A stretch of DNA of 64,000 nt from Flavobacterium sp. (GCF_043778725.1 NZ_JAYWFT010000125.1:16842-80841), one strand, 5' to 3'; counted from the first letter of the stretch, positions 37,073 to 47,276 are shown. Notes: generated by a model from the letters alone, not told the origin. Numbers and translations: made by a program.

Positions 37073-38062
37073 TTATTTAATCAATGCAGGTTGCACCCAT
37101 TTAAAGATATAATTTTCTTCGGGCAACACCAATCTTTCTGAAACTTTTGCCATTCTTGCTGGTAATTTCATTAGGTAATCTCTTGCTTTTTCGGCTTCGT
37201 CGGTAAGATTTCCAATTTTATCAATTTGCCATTTATCAATTAGTTTTTGCATAATATCTACATAATCATTGGCAGTATAAACACCAATTTTCTGTGCAGA
37301 TGTAGAAAACTGTTCGAAAGCAACACTTATTTTCTCACCAGATTCTCTTAAAAAAAGAGCAGGCATAGTGATTTTTTGCTTCATCATGTATTGAAAAGCA
37401 ATCATCATTTCGCTTGGGTCAACTTTAAAGATTTGATTTACAAATTCGCTATAAGCATGATGGTGACGCATTTCATCGCCAGCAATCATCTTGCAAACTT
37501 TAGATAATTTAGAATCGCCATATTGTTTAGCTAATTGCGAAACTCTATTGTGCGAAACATAAGTTGCAAGTTCTTGAAAACTGGTGTAAACAAAGTTTTT
37601 ATAAGGATCACGACCTGTACCAATATCAAATCCATCGGCAATTAAATATTGCGTTGTAATTTCTACTTCACGCATGTTAATTCTGCCCGATAGGTACAAG
37701 TATTTATTTAATAAATCGCCATGACGATTTTCTTCACTTGTCCATTGACGAACCCATTTAGACCATCCATTTCTTTCTACATTATCTACGCCTTCTACAT
37801 CCATAAGCCATGACTCATAGGTAGGAAGTGCTTCTTCTGTAATGGTATCGCCAACCATGGCAACCCAAAAGTCGTAAGGTAAATCTTTAGCAATTTCTTG
37901 CAATTCTTTTACATCTTCAAAGAAAGTATCACTTTGAGCATCGGGTAAAAAGTCTGATGGTTGCCAAATTTTTTCTACCGGAATTAAAAATTGGTCAACA
38001 AATCCATCAACTTTATTTTCTAGAAATTGCATTACTTCTAGACGAATGTTTTTTATAGACAT
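37073..38062 (-). CDS. Acyl-ACP desaturase (soluble di-iron, DesA/stearoyl-ACP type)
   Basis: WQPSDFLP, ITEEALPTY, WTSEENRHG, FVYTSFQE, IAGDEMRHH (two EXXH motifs). Confidence 0.92.
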   Translation of the reverse strand: MSIKNIRLEVMQFLENKVDGFVDQFLIPVEKIWQPSDFLPDAQSDTFFEDVKELQEIAKDLPYDFWVAMVGDTITEEALPTYESWLMDVEGVDNVERNGWSKWVRQWTSEENRHGDLLNKYLYLSGRINMREVEITTQYLIADGFDIGTGRDPYKNFVYTSFQELATYVSHNRVSQLAKQYGDSKLSKVCKMIAGDEMRHHHAYSEFVNQIFKVDPSEMMIAFQYMMKQKITMPALFLRESGEKISVAFEQFSTSAQKIGVYTANDYVDIMQKLIDKWQIDKIGNLTDEAEKARDYLMKLPARMAKVSERLVLPEENYIFKWVQPALIK

Positions 38063-38096
38063 TGTAATATTAAATTTTAAATTTTAAATTCAAATT

Positions 38097-38846
38097 TTAG
38101 GATTGTAGCAGTGTACTGTTTAATGGTTGCACTACTGCTTTTTCAGTTTTCTGAATTAATTCTTCAAATAAAAAATCGCGAACAGCAATTGGTTCATGAA
38201 TAATAAATTCTAATTTATTGCCCAATCCCATTGGGAAAGCTCCAAATTTAACCATTTTCCACGAATTATTTATAGAAATTGGCACAACATAAGCAGAAGG
38301 AGCGTATTTACATAGAATTTTCAATCCGCTTTGTGCGAATTCTTTTGGTTTTCCATCTTTACTTCTAGTTCCTTCTGGAAAAATAACTGCCGATCTGCTG
38401 TTTTTTTCAATATATTCACCAAGACTTTTTATTGTAGGAATGGCTTGTTTGGGATCTTTTCTATCAATTAAAACCGATCCGCCATGCCTTAAATTATAAG
38501 AAACACTCGGAATTCCTTTTCCTAATTCTTTTTTACTTACAAATTTTGGATGAAATCTTCTCAAGTACCATATTATCCCAACAATATCATAAAGACTTTG
38601 ATGGTTAGCAACAAAAATAATAGGAACGTTTGCCGGAATTAAATTTCTATTTTTAAACGAATAAGTTGTACCTATTATATTAGTACATCTAACGAGAAAA
38701 AAATTTAAATAATCGACACTTTTCTTGTGAGCTTGATAACCAAAAACATTGAGACAAAGCCACTGAATTGGATGAAAAACAACCAAACATAACCCAAAGC
38801 AAAGGTAGTAAATAATAGAAATTGGATAAGAAATAAGCTTTTCCAT
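38097..38846 (-). CDS. Lysophospholipid acyltransferase (PlsC-like)
   Basis: VANHQSLYD (HX4D), FPEGTRS. Confidence 0.9.
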   Translation of the reverse strand: MEKLISYPISIIYYLCFGLCLVVFHPIQWLCLNVFGYQAHKKSVDYLNFFLVRCTNIIGTTYSFKNRNLIPANVPIIFVANHQSLYDIVGIIWYLRRFHPKFVSKKELGKGIPSVSYNLRHGGSVLIDRKDPKQAIPTIKSLGEYIEKNSRSAVIFPEGTRSKDGKPKEFAQSGLKILCKYAPSAYVVPISINNSWKMVKFGAFPMGLGNKLEFIIHEPIAVRDFLFEELIQKTEKAVVQPLNSTLLQS

Positions 38847-38973
38847 AACTGTAAAAAAAATTATTGGCTAAAGTAATAAATATATTTTGGATGGAATTGT
38901 TTAAAACTCATTTCTATAAACTTCTTTTACATCAAAAAAATATTTATTTTTACGAAAAATACAAGCAATCTAA

Positions 38974-39990
38974 ATGAAAGAAAAAATGAGTTCAGAAAAA
39001 GAAGCTAAATTAAAAGCCTTACAACTAACGCTTGACAAATTAGACAAAACTTACGGAAAAGGAACCGTAATGAAAATGGGTGATAAAGCCGTAGAAGAAG
39101 TAGAAACAATTTCATCGGGTTCATTAGGTCTAGATTTAGCTCTAGGTGTTAATGGATATCCTAGAGGAAGAGTTATAGAAATATATGGACCAGAATCGTC
39201 GGGTAAAACAACCTTAACGCTTCACGCTATTGCCGAAGCTCAAAAAGCTGGAGGAATTGCAGCATTTATTGACGCAGAACATGCATTTGATAGAAATTAT
39301 GCCGAAAAACTTGGTGTAGATATTGAAAATTTAATCATATCTCAACCTGATAATGGTGAGCAAGCATTAGAAATTGCTGAGAATTTAATTCGTTCGGGAG
39401 CAATTGATATAGTTGTTATTGACTCTGTTGCTGCCTTGACTCCTAAAAGTGAAATTGAAGGCGAAATGGGCGATTCTAAAATGGGATTACATGCTCGTTT
39501 AATGTCGCAAGCTTTGAGAAAACTAACAGGAACTATTAGTAAAACTAACTGTACGGTATTCTTTATCAATCAGTTGAGAGAAAAAATAGGTGTAATGTTT
39601 GGAAATCCAGAAACTACTACTGGAGGAAATGCATTAAAATTTTATGCTTCGGTTCGTTTAGACATTCGTCGATCTTCTCAAATTAAAGATGGTGAAAACG
39701 TAATAGGAAACAGAACCAAAGTGAAAGTGGTAAAAAATAAAGTAGCACCACCGTTTAAAGTAGCCGAATTTGACATTATGTATGGCGAAGGAGTTTCTAA
39801 AACTGGTGAAATTCTTGACTTAGCTGTAGAGTTTGAAATTGTAAAAAAAGCAGGTTCATGGTTTAGCTACGGCGAAACAAAACTAGGTCAAGGTCGTGAC
39901 GCAGTAAAATCTTTAATAAAAGACAATCCAGAATTGGCCGATGAGCTTGAAGTAAAAATTAAAGCTCGAATTAAAGAAAACAATGCTTAA
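38974..39990 (+). CDS. recA: Recombinase RecA
   Basis: [50 protein letters not shown]. Confidence 0.99.
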   Translation: MKEKMSSEKEAKLKALQLTLDKLDKTYGKGTVMKMGDKAVEEVETISSGSLGLDLALGVNGYPRGRVIEIYGPESSGKTTLTLHAIAEAQKAGGIAAFIDAEHAFDRNYAEKLGVDIENLIISQPDNGEQALEIAENLIRSGAIDIVVIDSVAALTPKSEIEGEMGDSKMGLHARLMSQALRKLTGTISKTNCTVFFINQLREKIGVMFGNPETTTGGNALKFYASVRLDIRRSSQIKDGENVIGNRTKVKVVKNKVAPPFKVAEFDIMYGEGVSKTGEILDLAVEFEIVKKAGSWFSYGETKLGQGRDAVKSLIKDNPELADELEVKIKARIKENNA

Positions 39991-40000
39991 ATAAATTTAA

Positions 40001-40036
40001 AAAATCCTGTTAATAAACTTAACAGGATTTTTTTTT
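40001..40036 (+). terminator. recA terminator
   Basis: AAAATCCTGTTA/TAACAGGATTTT plus a T-tract. Confidence 0.85.
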
Positions 40037-40045
40037 AAACTAGAC

Positions 40046-40071
40046 GCAACCTTTTGTAAATTTATGCATCC
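40046..40071 (+). promoter_or_regulatory. Candidate ECF-sigma-dependent promoter
   Basis: GCAACC...GCATCC, with AAC and CATC separated by 16 nt (ECF AAC-N16/17-CGTC-like), upstream of an operon encoding an ECF sigma. Confidence 0.45.
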
Positions 40072-40094
40072 TATAAAAAATATACTTTACTATA

Positions 40095-40505
40095 ATGAAA
40101 AAAATTATACCTTTTTTAATGCTAAGTTTGATCATATCATCATGCAGTTTAAGTGATGACGGTGATTCAAGTTTTGTCTATGAAATATTACCACTTACAC
40201 AAGTAGATATGCCTACTGCTTTCGCCAAAGACAGTACAACACTTATTCCACTAAAATTTATTAGACCTTCATCATGTCATTTTTTTAACGATTTTTATTA
40301 TGAAAAAGACGGATTAAATAGAGTCGTTGCAATAGAAGCTGTAAGGGCTAACAGAAGTGATTGCCAAGTAACAGGAACAACAGAAACTGTAAATTTAAAA
40401 TTTAGACCAGCAACAATTGGGTTGTATCATTTTAAGTTTTGGATAGGATCAGATTCTCAAGGTGTAGACTTGTTTTCAGAATTTGATGTTGATGTAAATC
40501 ATTAA
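40095..40505 (+). CDS. Hypothetical lipoprotein
   Basis: Lipobox ISSC followed by acidic SLSDDGD (resembles the Bacteroidota surface-export signal). Confidence 0.7.
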   Translation: MKKIIPFLMLSLIISSCSLSDDGDSSFVYEILPLTQVDMPTAFAKDSTTLIPLKFIRPSSCHFFNDFYYEKDGLNRVVAIEAVRANRSDCQVTGTTETVNLKFRPATIGLYHFKFWIGSDSQGVDLFSEFDVDVNH

Positions 40506-40514
40506 AAAAACAAT

Positions 40515-41060
40515 GTGTTGAGCCTAACGGATATAATTAATGAATGTAAAAAAGAGAATATTAAAGCACAGGAACAATTATATAAGTTATTTGCTCCCAA
40601 AATGTTTTCAATATGCTTAAAATATTCACGCAATTATGTAGAGGCTCAAGATCATTTGCAGGATGGGTTTTTATTGGTTTTTAAAAAAATACATTTATAT
40701 GAATTTAAAGGTTCATTTGATGGATGGATAAAACGAGTTATTATCAATCATGTATTGCAACAATATAGAAATAAAAGTTTTCTTAGTCTTATTGATGAAG
40801 ATGTTGCAGAAGATGTTGCAGTAGAAATTGATGATTATATTTCAATGGAGTTTTTAATAAAAATTATTCAAGAACTTCCAGATCGATATCGATTGGTTTT
40901 TAACTTAAATGTGTTTGAAAATTACTCTCATCAAGAAATTGCAGATTCGCTAGGAATCTCAGTTGGAACCTCTAAGTCTAACCTGAGTAGAGCAAAAGTA
41001 ATATTAAAAGAAAAAATAGAAAATAATACAGGTAGTTCTAAAATGCCTTCCATACTATGA
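40515..41060 (+). CDS. ECF-type RNA polymerase sigma factor
   Basis: AQDHLQDGF, SFDGWIKRV (region 2), LPDRYRLVFNL...YSHQEIA..LGISVGTSKSNLSRAK (region 4). Confidence 0.92.
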   Translation: MLSLTDIINECKKENIKAQEQLYKLFAPKMFSICLKYSRNYVEAQDHLQDGFLLVFKKIHLYEFKGSFDGWIKRVIINHVLQQYRNKSFLSLIDEDVAEDVAVEIDDYISMEFLIKIIQELPDRYRLVFNLNVFENYSHQEIADSLGISVGTSKSNLSRAKVILKEKIENNTGSSKMPSIL

Positions 41061-42562
41061 GTGAGAGAAAAAACATAAACCATCTCTTTCAAGAAAAGTT
41101 TGAAAATCACGAAGTTATTCCGCAAGAAATTGTTTGGAAAAACATTGAAATCAAATTAAAAGAAAAGAAAAAAAGAAGAGTAATACCAATATGGTGGAGA
41201 TTATCGGGTAGTGCAGCAGCTTTACTGATTGGGTTTTTCGTGTATAATAACTATTTTAATGCTAACCCTAATAACGAAGTTGTAACAAGAGATGAAAAAA
41301 GTAGTGAAACCAAGACCAACACTATTATTAAATCTACAGAGTACAGCAATAAAACTACAACACCTAGCAGCACTAACAATTCAAGTGCTGTAGCCAACAA
41401 AGAAGAAAACAAAGAAGTTACAAATGAAAACTTAGTACACAATGAACAAATCAATCATGACAAAATAAATGAATCGATTGAATATAAAAAACCACATAAT
41501 AATGAAATAGTAGTTAAATTAGAATTAAAAAAAGCAATTAATGGCAAGACCATCACAGGTAAAGATGCTAATAATTCTAAAGTATATAAAAACCAAAGCA
41601 CAGATGAAAATATTGTTTATAACGATTTAACTTTAATAGACAATAAAGAAATTGCAACGGTAATTGAAAATAAAATTAAGACCAAAGAAAATATTATAAC
41701 TTCAAGTTTCTATAAAGAAATTGTAAATAATCTAGAAAATAACACAGTAGTTTTAAACCCTAATTTAAAAATTGACTCAATAAAGATTGCAGTTGTTGAG
41801 CCAAATGCGTTGGAAGAATTGCAAAAAGAAAAAGAAAAGAAAATTATTACCGAACAAAAATTAAATAGGTGGCAAGTTTCATCTAATCTTGCGCCTATTT
41901 ATTTTAGTTCAACCACCAATGGATCGCCATTAGATAAAAGATTAGAAAGTAATAATAAAAATTATGCGACCAACATAGGTTATGGATTGGGTATAAAATA
42001 TAGTTTGAATAAAAAAATAAAACTAAGAAGCGGTATCAATATAGTTTCTGTAAATTATGAAACCAACGGAATTGCTTTTTATCAGAACACTAGCGGAACT
42101 TCTAAAATTACAAATTTAAACCCAAATAATGCTGGAGCCTACATTGAAATAGAAAATCTAGACAATGTAAATACATCGTTCAATAAAATACAACAACATT
42201 TTGAAGGAAAGATTAACCAAAAATTAGGTTATATAGAAGTGCCAGTAGAAATTTCTTATTTGATATTAAATAAAAAAATAGGAATCAACATTATTGGCGG
42301 ATTGAGTTCTTTACTACTAAATGAAAATGAAATTTTTTTAAAATCGGAAGGATTAAATTTAAAAATTGGTGAAGCTAGTAATCTTAATAATATTCACTTT
42401 AGTGGAAACTTGGGATTGGGGTTTAAATATGGTTTTTTTAAACACCTTGAAGCTAATCTAGAGCCAGTTTTTAAATATCAAATAAATACATTTAGCAGCG
42501 ATGCCGGAAACTTCAAGCCTTTTGTTTTTGGAGTTTATTCGGGATTAAGTTTTACTTTTTAA
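41057..42562 (+). CDS. Putative anti-sigma factor: cytoplasmic N-terminus, TM, low-complexity linker, outer-membrane beta-barrel
   Basis: Overlaps the sigma stop (ATGA). FQEKFENHEV.PQE.VW.NI N-terminus, TM (WWRLSGSAAALLIGFFV), Asn/Lys/Thr linker, C-terminal strands (YIEVPVEI, GLGFKY, NLEPVFKY) ending in Phe (GLSFTF). Confidence 0.7.
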   Translation: MSERKNINHLFQEKFENHEVIPQEIVWKNIEIKLKEKKKRRVIPIWWRLSGSAAALLIGFFVYNNYFNANPNNEVVTRDEKSSETKTNTIIKSTEYSNKTTTPSSTNNSSAVANKEENKEVTNENLVHNEQINHDKINESIEYKKPHNNEIVVKLELKKAINGKTITGKDANNSKVYKNQSTDENIVYNDLTLIDNKEIATVIENKIKTKENIITSSFYKEIVNNLENNTVVLNPNLKIDSIKIAVVEPNALEELQKEKEKKIITEQKLNRWQVSSNLAPIYFSSTTNGSPLDKRLESNNKNYATNIGYGLGIKYSLNKKIKLRSGINIVSVNYETNGIAFYQNTSGTSKITNLNPNNAGAYIEIENLDNVNTSFNKIQQHFEGKINQKLGYIEVPVEISYLILNKKIGINIIGGLSSLLLNENEIFLKSEGLNLKIGEASNLNNIHFSGNLGLGFKYGFFKHLEANLEPVFKYQINTFSSDAGNFKPFVFGVYSGLSFTF

Positions 42563-42611
42563 GTTAGTTTAAAATTAGTTAAGTGATGTTATTGCTTTAG
42601 AGTAATAACAG

Positions 42612-42642
42612 AAAAGAGCGTCTAGTTAAACGCTCTTTTTTT
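42612..42642. terminator. Bidirectional terminator
   Basis: AAAAGAGCGT/ACGCTCTTTT. Confidence 0.75.
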
Positions 42643-43378
42643 ATGGATTAAATTTTTCTAATTGCTTTAAAATAATAGTTCGTGTTGCTTCTTTAAGCTC
42701 TTTTCTATCGGTAGCAACTTTTCCTTTAGTTTCTATAAAAGTGTGTACTTTGGCTCGCAACAATCCTGGTTTTCCGCTTAGAAAAGTATATGAAAATCGT
42801 TTTTTATTATCAGCAAATGTAATTGGTACTATAGGAATTTGGTGTTCTATGGCAAGTCTAAAAGCTCCGTCTTTAAATTCGTCTAAAACAACAGACTCTT
42901 CTGGAACGCCACCTTCAGGAAAAATACATATACTCATTCCTTGACTCAATCGTTTCTGTGCTCTTTCAAAAACCTCGTGACGGCTTTTAGGACTATTTCT
43001 ATCTACCAAAATGCACGTTCGCTTATAGAAAAAACCAAATAAAGGAATCTTTACCAATTCTTTCTTTCCAACAAACACAAACGGATTTCTAACAAGTGCC
43101 AACATCAACATTATATCTACCATAGAAGTATGATTGGCAGTTAGCATATAGCTTTTTCCTTGTTCTAATTCTTGTTCACGCTCTACTTTATAGTAAAATC
43201 CCATGCCAAGTAAAATCCCTCTGGCCCAAATTCTCGCCATAATAAAAAAATAAGGATACCATTCTTCTCTTAGAATTGAAATTACAAGAAATGGAAGCAT
43301 AATTATGATAAAAACGCCCATTAAAATGTAAAACCAAATGCGATATAATGTCCAAAAAACAATTTTTAGTAGTCTCAT
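42641..43378 (-). CDS. 1-acyl-sn-glycerol-3-phosphate acyltransferase family
   Basis: TANHTSMVD, FVFVGKKEL, IFPEGG; start set at MRLLKIV (43378), since the longer ORF crosses the trpS promoter. Confidence 0.88.
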   Translation of the reverse strand: MRLLKIVFWTLYRIWFYILMGVFIIIMLPFLVISILREEWYPYFFIMARIWARGILLGMGFYYKVEREQELEQGKSYMLTANHTSMVDIMLMLALVRNPFVFVGKKELVKIPLFGFFYKRTCILVDRNSPKSRHEVFERAQKRLSQGMSICIFPEGGVPEESVVLDEFKDGAFRLAIEHQIPIVPITFADNKKRFSYTFLSGKPGLLRAKVHTFIETKGKVATDRKELKEATRTIILKQLEKFNP

Positions 43379-43423
43379 AGTGTCAAAAATAAGGAATAGT
43401 AAGGAATTTTTAATACAAACGAT

Positions 43424-43431
43424 TAACTTTG
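43424..43431 (+). promoter_or_regulatory. -7 promoter box for trpS
   Basis: TAACTTTG, 40 nt upstream of the ATG. Confidence 0.6.
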
Positions 43432-43471
43432 CATAAAATAAATTTAGATACTGATATAAATTCAGCATATT

Positions 43472-44443
43472 ATGGCTAAAATACTAACCGGAGTTCAAAG
43501 TACAGGCACACCACATTTAGGTAATTTACTAGGTGCAATTATTCCTGCAATTGAACTGTCTAACAATCCCAATAATCAATCGTTTCTTTTCATTGCCGAC
43601 TTGCACTCGATAACTCAAATTAAAGACGGACAAACCTTGAGAGCAAATACATACAGTACTGCTGCTGCTTGGCTTGCCTGCGGATTGGATATTAACAAAG
43701 TAACTTTTTACCGACAAAGCGATGTGCCACAAACAGCCGAATTGTCTTGGTATTTAAGTTGTTTTTTTCCGTTTCAACGATTAACATTAGCCCATTCGTT
43801 TAAAGATAAATCCGATAGATTAGAAGATGTAAATGCCGGATTATTTACTTATCCAATGCTTATGGCTGCCGATATTTTATTGTATGACGCCAATTTTGTT
43901 CCAGTAGGAAAAGATCAAATGCAACATATAGAAATTACGCGTGATGTAGCTTCACGATTCAATCATTTAATGGGCGATACTTTTGTAATTCCAGAAGGAA
44001 AAGTTCAAGAAGAAACCATGTATGTGCCAGGAACAGATGGCGGAAAAATGAGTAAATCTCGTGGCAATATCATTGATATTTTTCTAGACGATAAAGCATT
44101 GCGCAAACAAATTATGACTATCGAAAGCGACAGCACACCACTAGAAGAACCTAAAAATCCGGATACTTGCAAGATTTTTGCCATTTATAAATTGGTTGCC
44201 ACCGAAGATCAAATTACCACAATGAAACAAAATTATCTTGGCGGAAATTATGGTTATGGACATGCAAAACAAGCCTTGTTTGAACTTATTTGCGAGAAGT
44301 TTAAAACAGAAAGAGAAAAATACAATTACTATATAAACAACCGTTCTGAAGTTGACGAATTATTGAAAAAAGGTGCATCTAAAGCTCATCTTGTTGCCAA
44401 TGAAGTTTTAAGTAGAGTTAGAATTAAATTGGGATTTGAATAA
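43472..44443 (+). CDS. trpS: Tryptophan--tRNA ligase
   Basis: TGVQSTGTPHLGN (HIGH-like), YPMLMAADILLY, VPVGKDQ, KMSKS. Confidence 0.97.
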   Translation: MAKILTGVQSTGTPHLGNLLGAIIPAIELSNNPNNQSFLFIADLHSITQIKDGQTLRANTYSTAAAWLACGLDINKVTFYRQSDVPQTAELSWYLSCFFPFQRLTLAHSFKDKSDRLEDVNAGLFTYPMLMAADILLYDANFVPVGKDQMQHIEITRDVASRFNHLMGDTFVIPEGKVQEETMYVPGTDGGKMSKSRGNIIDIFLDDKALRKQIMTIESDSTPLEEPKNPDTCKIFAIYKLVATEDQITTMKQNYLGGNYGYGHAKQALFELICEKFKTEREKYNYYINNRSEVDELLKKGASKAHLVANEVLSRVRIKLGFE

Positions 44444-44462
44444 TCTAAATTTCAAAATTTTA

Positions 44463-44508
44463 TAGTAAGTTGTTGCAATAATTAGTTGTTTTTTGCAACA
44501 ACTTACTA
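44463..44508. terminator. 16-bp perfect hairpin between convergent genes
   Basis: TAGTAAGTTGTTGCAA/TTGCAACAACTTACTA. Confidence 0.7.
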
Positions 44509-44522
44509 CCAATAAAAAGTTG

Positions 44523-45209
44523 CTATTGCTTTACATTAACTTCTTTTTCTATATACTTGCCACCAACCAACTTTTTAGTAAATACATGTATTGAGTCTGA
44601 ATTATTGGTTAAATCTTCAATACGTTCTTCTTTTAATATAAGCTTGTTGTTTTTCCAAAAATAGGTTTCATAATGAAATGATTCCAATGCGACTCTCCAC
44701 TCTGAATAAATTTCTTTCTTGGTAGCGTCAAATCCAGGATTGTAAATGCTGTCTAATGCAAAGGCATGTTTGTAAATATGGTCTTTATTTTTATATATCC
44801 AAAAACTATATTGTGTATTGTATAATCCGTTGTAATTTATTATTTTAAGATCTTTAAAACCATCAAAATTAACATCGTCTTCCAACCAAAAATCGGCTTG
44901 CCAAGAAGATAAAAAGTAGTCTTTTTTAAATTTTATTTTTTGTATTTTTTTGTCAAACTTATTCTCTATTTTAATAGAATCGAAAGAAATATTTTCATTT
45001 TCATCTTTTGAATAATACATGTAAAAATAACCTTCATTATTAGATTTTTTTAAACAATAAACAGAATCATTAATTTTATTTTCGGCATCAATTTCTTCTT
45101 CAATGCTGTCTTTTTTTACAGAAATAGCCTCAATCTTTGTGGTTTTTTTGGTTTCGTGCCTACAACTGTAAAGTGTAATTATCAAAACAATAATTAGAAT
45201 TTTCTGCAT
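44523..45209 (-). CDS. Lipoprotein, XAC2610-like
   Basis: Lipobox LYSC; EF-hand/FG-GAP-like DVNFDGFKDL, YSFWIY, NPGFDATKKEIYS. Confidence 0.65.
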   Translation of the reverse strand: MQKILIIVLIITLYSCRHETKKTTKIEAISVKKDSIEEEIDAENKINDSVYCLKKSNNEGYFYMYYSKDENENISFDSIKIENKFDKKIQKIKFKKDYFLSSWQADFWLEDDVNFDGFKDLKIINYNGLYNTQYSFWIYKNKDHIYKHAFALDSIYNPGFDATKKEIYSEWRVALESFHYETYFWKNNKLILKEERIEDLTNNSDSIHVFTKKLVGGKYIEKEVNVKQ

Positions 45210-45235
45210 TTTTTATATAATGAAAAAAATCATTG

Positions 45236-46084
45236 TTATCTACTACACCTAACCATTAATAAAATTAATCTAATAACTACAATGGCTAGAACAATCATGC
45301 TTCCTGTTGATAATGCCGACGATGAATTTCCAGACGTTTTTTGGGTTCTCACAATTGTATCGTCTTTGTTAGATTTTAGTAAATTTGCCAAATCATTATC
45401 TACGGCTTTATAGTTGCTCATTGCCAACATCATTGGGTTTAAAAAACTTATTTTTATGTCAAAATTTACTAACGTACTCGACATTAAATTCATCAATTTC
45501 TTGATTTTTTCATCGTTTTCTAATGATCTAAAATGAGAAAGCAAATCGTAAAAACTTCTATGTTTTATAAAATTAAAAGAAATAGAATCTTCTATTGTAG
45601 GATTTTTTTCTAGTTTTTCTACTACCAAATCTAACTTCTCGGACACTTTTTTATTTAATTTATCTAATGCATTTTGGGGTAAATATTCTTTAACAACCAA
45701 TAAATCTTCTATATCGTCAAATCTGTTTTCTGTTATCTTTTTATCAAAAAAAGCGTTCAAATCGTCACTTAAAAACTTGTCTATAAACAATTTTACGGCT
45801 TCGGGCGATGCCTCATTTTTAATATCAGACATGAATCTTGTACGCGAATGATTTTTCTTTGCAAAGAAATTATATAAAATGCGGTTGCCCGATATAAAAA
45901 GCAATTCCTTCGGATAATCATTCATAGCCAAAGTCAAATTGGTAGCTGTTGCACCATCAATATTGGGGTTTTGGCTTCGTTCTATTTCTATTTGTTTCTG
46001 AATCTTTACAGTATCATCAAATGTAAACCGGGTTGCATTTTCTTTATAAATACCTGCATTTTCAAATAGTTCAATAATATTCAT
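45236..46084 (-). CDS. Hypothetical protein with C-terminal TM anchor
   Basis: 282 aa, helical, Ser/Gly linker then IVLAIVVIRLILLM at the C-terminus. Confidence 0.65.
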   Translation of the reverse strand: MNIIELFENAGIYKENATRFTFDDTVKIQKQIEIERSQNPNIDGATATNLTLAMNDYPKELLFISGNRILYNFFAKKNHSRTRFMSDIKNEASPEAVKLFIDKFLSDDLNAFFDKKITENRFDDIEDLLVVKEYLPQNALDKLNKKVSEKLDLVVEKLEKNPTIEDSISFNFIKHRSFYDLLSHFRSLENDEKIKKLMNLMSSTLVNFDIKISFLNPMMLAMSNYKAVDNDLANLLKSNKDDTIVRTQKTSGNSSSALSTGSMIVLAIVVIRLILLMVRCSR

Positions 46085-46146
46085 GGTTATTTTTTTATGA
46101 AAAACAAAAATATAATTTTAATCGATTAATTCTAAATATTTTAAAA

Positions 46147-47259
46147 TTAAATCGCCTCAAACAGTTTTCCGGGTAACGGACGAACAACACCTTTCAACTC
46201 CATATTGATTAATAATGACGAAATTCTATAAACAGGAAAATCGCAAGCCAAGGCAATTAAATCTAACTCTTTCTTGCCAATACCAATTAGATAATCGTAA
46301 ATCTTTTGTTCATCAGCATCCAACGATACAAAAAGTTGTTTCTGAATTGTTTTATTGCTTTTAGAATCATTTTCATCAAGTTCCCAATTTAAAATGTACA
46401 CAATATCTGCTGCCGATGTCAATAAATGAGCGCGTTGGGTTTTAATTAAATTGTTGCATCCTTGACTAAATTTATCTGAAGTTCGTCCCGGCACAGCAAA
46501 TACATCACGGTTGTAGTCGTTAGCTAAATTGGCAGTTATTAACGAACCACCTTTTTCGGCACTTTCTATCACAATTGTAGCTTCACTCATGCCGGCAACA
46601 ATTCGGTTTCGTTTTACAAAATTTTCCTTTTCAGGATTAGAATTACTCCAAAACTCCGTCATAAATCCACCATTTTCCTCCATCTTGGCAACATATTTTT
46701 TATGCACTTTAGGATACACTTGATTCAATCCGTGAGCAACAACACCTATAGTTTGTAAATTGTTGTCCATAGCAATTTTGTGAGCAAAGATATCAACACC
46801 ATATGCAAATCCCGAAACTATAATGGGGTTTAAAGGTGCCAAATCTTCTATAAGTTTTTTACAAAAATCGATACCATAAGCGGTAATTTCTCTTGTGCCA
46901 ACAATACTTATTATTTTTCTGTTATTAAAATCGATAGCACCAGATGTAAACAATAAAACCGGTCCATCAATACAATGTTTCAACCTCACCGGATACTTTT
47001 CATCTTGATAATAAAGAATCGATATTTTGTTCTCTTTAATATATTGAAGCTCGACCTCGGCAAGTTTAAAAGCCGATTTATCTTTCAAGTTTTTAATTAA
47101 AACTCTACCAATTCCATCAATAGATTCTAGTTGTGAGGCTTTGGTTTTAAATATATTTTGTGCACTTCCGCAGTGATTAATTAGTTTTTTGGCAACAATA
47201 TCGCCAACTCCTTCTATTTTTAATAGTGCTAAAACGTGTAATAGTTCTGTATCGTTCAT
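46147..47259 (-). CDS. dprA: DNA-processing protein DprA
   Basis: SIVGTR, IVSGFAYGVD, TIGVVAHGL, NFVKRNRIVAG, SAEKGGSLITA, VFAVPG, SQGCNNLI. Confidence 0.95.
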   Translation of the reverse strand: MNDTELLHVLALLKIEGVGDIVAKKLINHCGSAQNIFKTKASQLESIDGIGRVLIKNLKDKSAFKLAEVELQYIKENKISILYYQDEKYPVRLKHCIDGPVLLFTSGAIDFNNRKIISIVGTREITAYGIDFCKKLIEDLAPLNPIIVSGFAYGVDIFAHKIAMDNNLQTIGVVAHGLNQVYPKVHKKYVAKMEENGGFMTEFWSNSNPEKENFVKRNRIVAGMSEATIVIESAEKGGSLITANLANDYNRDVFAVPGRTSDKFSQGCNNLIKTQRAHLLTSAADIVYILNWELDENDSKSNKTIQKQLFVSLDADEQKIYDYLIGIGKKELDLIALACDFPVYRISSLLINMELKGVVRPLPGKLFEAI

Positions 47260-47276
47260 TGTAAATTATTGGTTTT

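Noticed and set aside
38847-38973. SOS/LexA-type operator upstream of recA
   Set aside because: No CTGT-N8-ACAG, GAAC-N4-GTTC or GGA-N5-TCC dyad found by eye
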